From Antedon mediterranea (taxonomy: Eukaryota > Animalia > Echinodermata): 64,000 bases of DNA. The stretch is taken from positions 24,751,237 to 24,815,236 of the forward strand of contig NC_092672.1 in assembly GCF_964355755.1 (NCBI RefSeq), given 5' to 3'. A program made the position numbers and the translations under genes. The notes below the pieces were generated by a model. The model was given only the letters and a program-made list of their open reading frames with translations. It ran no database searches and was not told where the DNA came from. This document shows positions 63,544 through 64,000 of this stretch, in pieces; the stretch's first letter is position 1, and each line of letters opens with the position of its first letter.

Positions 63544-63875
63544 TTATTCATGATCTAACGTTATTACATAAAAGGTGGTGGTCAAGCTAGCTCTGCAGGT
63601 GACGGCCGCCGCATGCATATCTCGCCAGTTTACCGTATTCTTATGTTGTTCGTTTTGTAATATGCGGCTGAACATGTATCCAAACGCGTAAATAGCGCTG
63701 TGCTCTGATGGTGCTTCGACACCAGAAATTACTTCTGGTGCAGTCCATGGGAAGCATTTCTTCCACCTAATCTTCTCCTCCGACTCCGTCCGGTCCGAAA
63801 CGCCTTGCCATAATCTATTGTTACAGGTATAAATTAATTTTACCATCAATCATGAAGCACGTACCACGTTATTAC
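63544..63875 (-). pseudogene. Decayed protein-kinase terminal exon (subdomains VIb-IX)
   Basis: Acceptor TCTTTTCTCTTACAG (exon starts at 63875). xNNVV, PVTIDYGKA (DFG-like), FPWTAPEVISG and SEHSAIYAFGYM lie in different frames. Confidence 0.65.
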
Positions 63876-64000
63876 CTGTAAGAGAAAAGACAATTGGGAA
63901 AATGAGAAAATAACTGTAAAATAATCACTGAATTGTGTATGGTATAATTGAATTTAATGTATGATAATGAAAAATTAGTGGCTTAATAAAAAAAAATTAC

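Overview
AT-rich, repeat-dense eukaryotic (metazoan) genomic DNA. GT-AG introns, LINEs and TAGGCCTA-rich tracts are reminiscent of an echinoderm-type invertebrate (inference). No intact full gene is visible. The only host gene evidence is a plus-strand ankyrin-repeat gene seen as phase-0 exons at 27005-27079 and 47955-48053, plus a broken duplicate exon at 52276-52369. Nearly everything else is transposon or tandem-repeat derived: two decayed AcademX-type DNA transposons with TAG..CTA termini and 3-bp TSDs (12219-15957, 57571-62185), LINE fragments (Rex1/Babar, L2/Crack/CR1-like), a spliced PHD-FLYWCH Mutator-like remnant, a Harbinger MADF-BESS remnant, many MITEs with readable TSDs, and 84-, 72/68-, 47-, 94- and 19-bp tandem arrays. 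The most striking structure is a ~15-kb foldback element (30992-46116) inside the ankyrin intron. It has two head-to-head arrays of a TIR-derived, hairpin-forming 94-bp unit with similar copy numbers, invaded by several nested elements. Most ORF-track entries are repeat artefacts. All family assignments come from motif recognition by eye, not database searches.
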